Assembly: GCA_964035545.1 (NCBI GenBank)
Contig: OZ037769.1
Coordinates: forward strand, 16,584,633 to 16,648,632
Reading direction: 5' to 3'
Source: Bugula neritina
Lineage: Eukaryota; Animalia; Bryozoa
Length of the DNA stretch: 64,000 nt
Shown: piece by piece, positions 56,561 through 64,000 of the stretch
How positions within the stretch are numbered: position 1 is the stretch's first letter
Layout: each line of letters begins with the position of its first letter
Notes under the pieces: generated by a model
What the model was told of the DNA's origin: nothing
What the model saw: the letters and a program-made list of their open reading frames with translations, nothing else
Database searches by the model: none
Translations under genes and position numbers: made by a program

Positions 56561-59245
56561 TATTTGCCATGTTTTTGTATAAGTGATAATCAATTTGAAC
56601 TAATCAGCCTCAAGTCATTGCTGGATGAAATATCTATACTTAGCTCTGAAGCTAATGCAATCACATCAACAATTTTACTAATGAGTTTTCAATACATGTT
56701 TTAGTCAGTTGGACAAAATACAAAGGCTCTCTCCTAATAATTTGGAATGTTAGAATAAATGGTCATTAAACATTGGGCTTAAACATTTTTTCATATTGTG
56801 TGATGCAACATGATAGCTACAGAAAAAAATGCCAATTCCACGAAAAATGAAGGCGTTATATTTCAACACTGACTGCATACAATATTGATACTAACAGAAT
56901 ATTATCTACACATAAGTTAGCATTTTGTAGTATGAGTTTCACATCTGAGCTGCCATTTACTTTTACCCAAAATCCTTTTCAACAATCATTGAGGCAAGTA
57001 GATATGACAAAAGTATAATAATATAATATCAGAGTTTAACTTACAAAGCATAGTGGTATAGCACATACGTTATATACAATAACACATCAAGAAGAATATT
57101 ATTATAATAAAAGTGCTACACTTCATCGGTTACCAAGGGTGGCTGCAGAGAGCACAGCAGACTACCATTATCATATCTAAAAGAGGTGCCAACAGACCTG
57201 TTTTCAGAATTGGAAACAAAGCCTTTAGCTGCAGCAAATATATGCAGTGAAAATTAAAATACTGAGAGTAGGTCTTTCTTTGACAATGATGTAAACATAA
57301 AGCCTTTATTTTGGACGGAGGTTTTGCGTAACTGCCACTGATTCAACATAAATATATGCATATATTTTGTTTATATACATTAAAAATTTCATTTGTTTTG
57401 AAATATATTATTCTTATATATATCAAGCTTTATTTTAATAAATAAATAGGTAATACAAAACTAGGTCAAATATGATCTGAAGATATTATACAAATGTAAA
57501 TGGTTTTAATTTATAATATATAGATCTCAACAAAGGGAGCTGAAAGAAAGCTCTAGAACGTACACACACATAGATAGAAGTCTACATGCATTGTCTGTTG
57601 TTAACAACTGTTGACAAAACGCTAGCTAAAACATTTTTTTAAATAACTACGTACATTAAAGTAAACTGAAGCACGCAAAGTAACCGGGCTATAATAAGAA
57701 TGTATTTAGTAGTATATGCATTGATTTAAAACTAAATCATGAATTGATTATCATTGTTGCAACTTCTGTGCTTGGTAGACAGGATAGAGAGGAGTGGTGT
57801 GACTGCTGTAACTGTGCTACTGCTCTACATACTAACAAATACTAACCTAGTGTTTTTATGTGCCTTACATAAGATATTATAATAGAACTGATGAGTTTGG
57901 TGTAGCCACTGTCATTGCAGCTCAGTGACTCTGCTATAGTGTGCTATGCTCCCACTATAACTGCTTTACAATACAACCAAGTAACAGCACTGGTTGATTT
58001 GATGTTCTAAAAACCTTTGATGAAATCACCCTATAAATTATAACTGCCTACATAGTTGCTTACAAACTAAGTGAGAACAGATTTCGTAATAAATTATTAA
58101 TAATATCCTCATACACTGAAGTGTTGTAGATGACTACAGCATGATCAGACTATAAAACTTAACCAAAAAGGGCGTGTACCAACTATAAAATATCACCACT
58201 ATAACTTATATAAAACTCTACATTTTCAAATGCAAATGCATTATTAGGCCAATCAGATACAAACATCAACTGATTGTGTAAAATCCTGCCAATCAGAATT
58301 GGTGTAAAAGCTACTGGGGTTCAAGTCTACCCATCTGCCAAAAACAACCAGCCAATAAAAAAAACCTTGTACCTTTTATTTGCAATTTTAAAGCACTTAA
58401 ATTAAACATTTTAAAAAATGAACTCATGATTCATAACTTTAGGATATGAAATAAAATAATGCGCAAATAAAAGTTGCACAGCTATTTCCTAGAAGTATGC
58501 ATTTTGCATTTGAACTTGCAGAAGTTTATATAAGTTATAGTGGTGAGTATTCTAGAATTGGTACAAGGTAGTAAATGTACCAATTTTACATCGTCTATTT
58601 TATGTAATAAATCTTTCGCATTTATTGCAACAAAACATAATATATTATAAAATAAGCTTTCATAAATTTTGTTTCAAGGTTCAACATTAAATTGTAATCA
58701 GCTACTTATATAGCTATGAGCCCAACTTCTAGCAGTATAATTGAGAGAGGGAGAGTTTAATATTTAGTTAGTAGTTGAAGGATTATACCATGCAGGTGCA
58801 TGTAGACCAGTTATTTTATCTCAATGTTACAGTGTGTCCAGTCTCCAATATATTGAAACTATACTAATGTAGTTCACTTGTTTTAATGGTATATTTATTT
58901 AATCTATTATAACCTTGACTGTCATATGCAACTAAACTGTATGTCACATAATTTAATGCAACACACAGCATCATAATATACAGAACTATATCTTTTGAAT
59001 AGGTAGAAATGTTGTAATTGAGCTGAAATGAGCATATTTACAATTTAAATCCATATAAAAGATTCTGCTCTCTTAATAATTTGCAGTTAACTTTAGTAAT
59101 AATAAACTATATATAATATTTGTTACTACAATCCACATATCTTTTGTAGCCAAGATGCTTTACATAGGGACAACTGGTTATGTGTGCATGTAGTGCTAAA
59201 TTTACCTATAGGGCCTCACCTCCTTCCCTCTTCCCTGTGATTTAA

Positions 59246-59308
59246 TTGGTTAGCCCAGCTTGCTTGCAAGCGAGAGTCGTGTGGTTCGAATTTCAGTAGG
59301 GGCAACTA
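59246..59308 (+). mobile_element. tRNA-like SINE remnant
   Basis: tggttagc...cttgcaa...ggttcgaatt partial A/B boxes; stems broken. Confidence 0.4.
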
Positions 59309-59574
59309 TGCTAAAGTGCACATACAATATTGCTGTAGAGTTATGGACAAACTGCACTATGCTACTGCTAGACACTGTTGTGTTGGGGTTCAATATGTCT
59401 TATAATATGTATTAATTATTAGATAAATGTTGATCTACCAGGTTTGATTTCATCTGATTGATTTGGTTTGACATAGAATGTGAACCATAAAACCTAAAGT
59501 ATATTATACACCCTATTTAAAAAGTCCCAGCATGCAGCAGGTTAATACATTTATATTAATTATAGAAATATTCA

Positions 59575-59593
59575 TACATACATATACATATAC

Positions 59594-59630
<37 letters not shown>

Positions 59631-59706
59631 CATATATACATATATACATATATATACATACATATACATATATATATACATATATATATATACACACACA
59701 CACACA

Positions 59707-59758
<52 letters not shown>

Positions 59759-59785
59759 CACACGCACACACACACATATATATAT
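59575..59785. repeat. Compound (TA)/(CA)/(CACG) microsatellite
   Basis: Directly visible. Confidence 0.97.
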
Positions 59786-62700
59786 TTTCTAGTGATATTT
59801 ACAGACTGTTTGATGGCCTTGTGTAGTTCCAAAGAATTTTGTTTCATAAAAAAACTTTGTGCACCTCCTGAATGAGTCTAGAGTTTCTGGCGGCTGGCAG
59901 AGGGCGTGGTCCTCTCCCAGAGTCTCTGTATTCTAAAGCCAATACTTGTTATTGCTAACTTTTCTTGGAAATTATCGCTATCTGTTGCAACACTCATAAC
60001 CACTGAGCTGGTTTAATAGTTTAAACTTCAAACAAAAGCAATAGTAAGGCAATAAAACAGTAGAAAAACTGTTTGCATAATTATGTGTAGATATGGTGCC
60101 ATTCATTTAGCAGAAACTTTGGAAATGGTAGAGTCATTATGATCTGTCAGCAGTCTGTTAAATAAGACAAAACTGCTAAAAACCTTTTATCAAGTAACCC
60201 CATGGCATACTGTACCAGCTACACGTGATTTTGTTTGGGTCAATGAAGCAGATGGTTGTGATAGAGGTGGTGCCCAGTTTTCATTCTGCAGCGGATTAGT
60301 CACCCAGACAGACGTACAGACTGGTGGCTATTACTAGCAGTAAAGTTCAGTTATCATCGTGCTTGTACTTATAATTATATACGAATATATTTGTCAATCC
60401 GCTCTAAGACAGTATTATGTAAGTATTTAAATCTTTACCCGCTTTTGCAAAACTTTGTTATCGGTGTTTCAAATTCTTCTCTCAGTGTTTTTGAGAGCTA
60501 GCTTTGAGTTTGTTTTGCATGTGTTATGTTTTGTCAATGATCTTAATACATAGTGTAGATTTAGTTTGTTTAGTATGACTGCAAGAGTTATAAGTGTATT
60601 AATATAGTGAAACAGCATTAGATGGCAATGGAACAAGTGGAACAATGTAATAATTAAATACAAACACAATCACACCATGCTGACATTAGCATGTGGTACT
60701 ATAAATGATTATTAAACAGCCTTTCATTAGAATGCGTTTATAACATGAGAACAAGTGTGTTATACAGAATTAGGCTGAACGTTTGGTTATGTGATTATAA
60801 ATTTACATATATGACTTCTTCCACACAAAAGACCTTTTCCAATGTCTCTTATACTGAATTTATGATTATATGGAGTTATATAATACTCATTTTTAGACAT
60901 TTATACATGTAGCATAATCATATAGAAATGGATCATTCAAATCTCCGAAATTAACTGCTATATTATATAAAATACTAACCATCCAATAAAGAATTAATGT
61001 TTTAAGAGAAACTTAATGTGATAGTAACACATATCTGTAGTTCAGCAATAGTTTAGGAACAGTTTAGGAATATAGTAAATGAAAATATCAGTAACTAATA
61101 CAATCAGGCATGTACATATAAGCCAGCCTTTGCTTTTCTTAGTAAAGTTCTACTTTCAGAGATGTACTTTTAGCAGAAGCTATGTAATGCAGTCATAGCC
61201 AAAAAATGTAGCATCAAAACTGATATAATGTTATAATGATCAAAACATACACGTAAATCTATATGTCATTGCATAAAACATTACATACATGGTTTATAGC
61301 GCAGGCATGTGCTAAAGCTATTAACCTCAACCAACTAAAGTCTAGAATTTAAACTATTGCGTGGTTAGCCAGCAGAGTGTTGAGATGATAGACAGAACAT
61401 ATGATTAATGTGATTATACCCTAGCTGCTACTCAGCATTGCGCAACAAACAAGTGACCCGTGCGTTCAGTTTATTTTTTCAAACTTTACAATAAAAAAAT
61501 ACTTTTGAAAGAATTATTGAACTGCAGATATGTGTGCCACTATCAAAATAAATATCTCCAATTAAGATCGCCATTTTATTGCATAGTTTATAGTATTTTA
61601 TTGCATAGTTAGTATTTTATTGCATAGTTAGTATTTTATCTAGCAGATAATTTCTGAAATTTTAATGACTATAATATGATTTTGTTACGTGCAATACCTA
61701 AAAGGAGTACAACTCCTAATTATAAATTGGGTATAAAGGCTGTTACAAAAGGGGCTATATTCATGGCTCATGTATTTCTGAAGGCTTACTAATGCATTGT
61801 GGGTATCACTTAGTTGTAGAGTACTGGCTAGGCTTAAAGTTTGACTCAACAATTTCTTTTAACATTATTGTCGCTTAAACTATTTTTTATGACAAACTTT
61901 TGAAGAATCAACTTTAAAAAGCATTTTTGAGGCTTTTTTATCAAGAAATGCTGAGGTGGCAGTTAAAACAGCTGTCACCAGTCTGTATATAGCTGTTAAC
62001 CTTTGAGCCCAATTTGGATAATGAGCATGACAATAACTAGGCCACCCCAACATCTTTCAACAAGTCACACTTAGTCCTACTACTCACTGACACTCTCAGC
62101 CCGTATAGTAAACACCTCTAACTAAACAGCAAATGTTGTTATGGTTGAACCGTGTCTTGTTCCTCTTAGGTTTATACACTACATGATCGTTTTATTCTCA
62201 CTCTGTAATAATCATGTGTGGTGACATGTAAGTTATATACCCACAGTGTGTAGATATATATAACACCACTGAATATTCACATGGTATACATATTTACAAC
62301 ATATATATCTAAATTATATAATTGTTTACAAATAGTGAGACATCAGTGTTGCTCATTTAGTCTCAATTCACCATTCAATAACTCATTGCTTTGTGCTATT
62401 AATTAACATATACTATCTACTGTGACAAAAGGTCAGATAACTCCTATGTATAACAGCACTTGATTAATTTTACTGGACAGTCTTTTAAATAGAAAGCTGG
62501 TAATTGCTGAGAAAAACTCTTTGTAGAACACCACAAGGCTACTAGTAGCTGCCAAATACTAACCAAATGCAATTATGAAGTCACACACTTTATAGTTACT
62601 CCACAAACTCTAGATTACTAGTAACAATATTTGTTTAGTTTTTGTTCTATATATATTCAAAATAAAAAAAAGCAAATTTTAATTAAAACAGAAAATGTTG

Positions 62701-63361
62701 TTGACAAGGCTTTATGTGGAAGTATAGCACTGCAGCTATTCAAGGCTCACAAGCCATGGTATAATAATGACAGTAAATAGGTAGCAACCTTTGTGGAAAA
62801 GCCGTAACTTTAGCAGTCCAAATATACTGTATGTTTTATGTAACTCATCAATGCAAATTTGCTATTAAGTAGCAGTTGAATTCGGCACTGGAAATCAACT
62901 CTTCAATGGCAGTTGTTGATAAATGAAGAAATGTGCAGTGAGCTGGATTTGGAAAATCTGGTGAAATAGTTGTGTGTGTGGTGTGATGATAGTAGTAAAG
63001 TTTGTTTGGGAGTCATGGCTGTTTATTTCTAATTCTAGAACACAGGCTTTTCTCTATTTCTCCTTCAATTCACCTACCTCCAGCAATTTGGATTTCCGAA
63101 TAGGCATGATGGAAGAGTTAATACTGGTTCAGTTGAAGAGAGATAATGTTTTGCAGTGTTTTCTTCTGTAACAGATACATTTGTGACTGATAGAGCTGTC
63201 TGTGGTGCTGTTTGTAATGCAACTGGTGATTGTAGTGTATGTATGAGAGCATGTTCTTGCAAACTTTTCAACTCTCACTTTAACCAGATGTTAAAGACCT
63301 CAGACCTTAGGGGGTGAATATCAACAACTCAGTATTTTGTTGCAGGTTACTTACTGGAGCT

Positions 63362-63960
63362 ATGAGAGCTTTTCTATGGTTGCCATGTTTGTTGTATGTG
63401 ACGGATGCCCAGTCTATTGCAGAAGACTATATTTTTTGGCTGAGGAGGCTTAGTGGAATTCCAGATGTGAATACATATCCAACCGTTATTAACTCTCTTC
63501 TTGTTAATATTCCAGTAGAGGTTGAAATAGAACTGGAGAACTCAGATCGTGAGCACTGTGACCCTCTACAGTCGTACTGTGTTCCATCTCAGTCAGCAGG
63601 AATCACCACTTCCACTAGTTCTACTAATATCTCAACTCCTGTAATAGTAGACTGTTTGCCTCAACGTTGTTTTTACCCAACATGTGGTCACTCGAAACCC
63701 AACTCTCTCAGTACCTTTCTGGTGTCTGAGATCCAATATCAAGTTGGCTCTCTAGACGAGGGATACTTACCCTTCAACACCTCTCTTCCAGAGTGCGGTA
63801 TCACTATGACAGGAAGTGATATCATCATCACCGAAGCTACAGGAGAGTGTAACACTGTTTTGTCACCTCAACAGATATATACCAGTTTACAGACTCCTTC
63901 ACAAAACTGGACTTTGATGTTCACAGTTGAGCAGCTTACATCACTGAATACGTCTGCACC
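63362..63960 (+). CDS. First coding exon of a second, inverted copy of the Usherin-head receptor (gene continues beyond the window)
   Basis: Acceptor at 63344-63345, ATG at 63362, signal peptide [16 protein letters not shown], ~87% aa identity to exon 50946-51557 (hand count), all cysteines kept, same phase-2 donor at 63961. Confidence 0.85.
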
Positions 63961-64000
63961 GTGAGTCCTCTAACATAGACTGAGTCACATAGACTAACAT

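Overview
AT-rich, intron-rich animal (invertebrate-type) genomic DNA; no prokaryotic features. Splicing the exons by hand (GT-AG, phase-consistent) gives, in order: two head-to-head SLC22 organic-cation-transporter paralogues (372-5760 minus; 7274-12747 plus); two divergently oriented orphan genes around an RFX X-box (a 138-aa ORF, minus; a 321-aa disordered protein rich in PKA sites, plus); a head-to-head MPST/DUS2 pair, where DUS2 appears to carry a duplicated dsRBD; a casein kinase 1 alpha with one coding intron; and a ~1,500-aa receptor tyrosine kinase on the minus strand (37992-~52223). The RTK is the main finding. Its kinase, transmembrane and IPT stalk are MET/RON-type, but the Sema-PSI head is replaced by the N-terminal module of Usherin/USH2A (LamG-like jellyroll, laminin N-terminal domain, laminin-EGF). 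A second, inverted and diverging copy of this receptor starts at the right edge (63362 onward), and the two copies appear to have swapped start codons reciprocally. tRNA-derived SINEs, RTE LINE fragments, MITEs and many intronic mini/microsatellites fill the rest. All homology calls come from motif recognition by eye; no database search was run.
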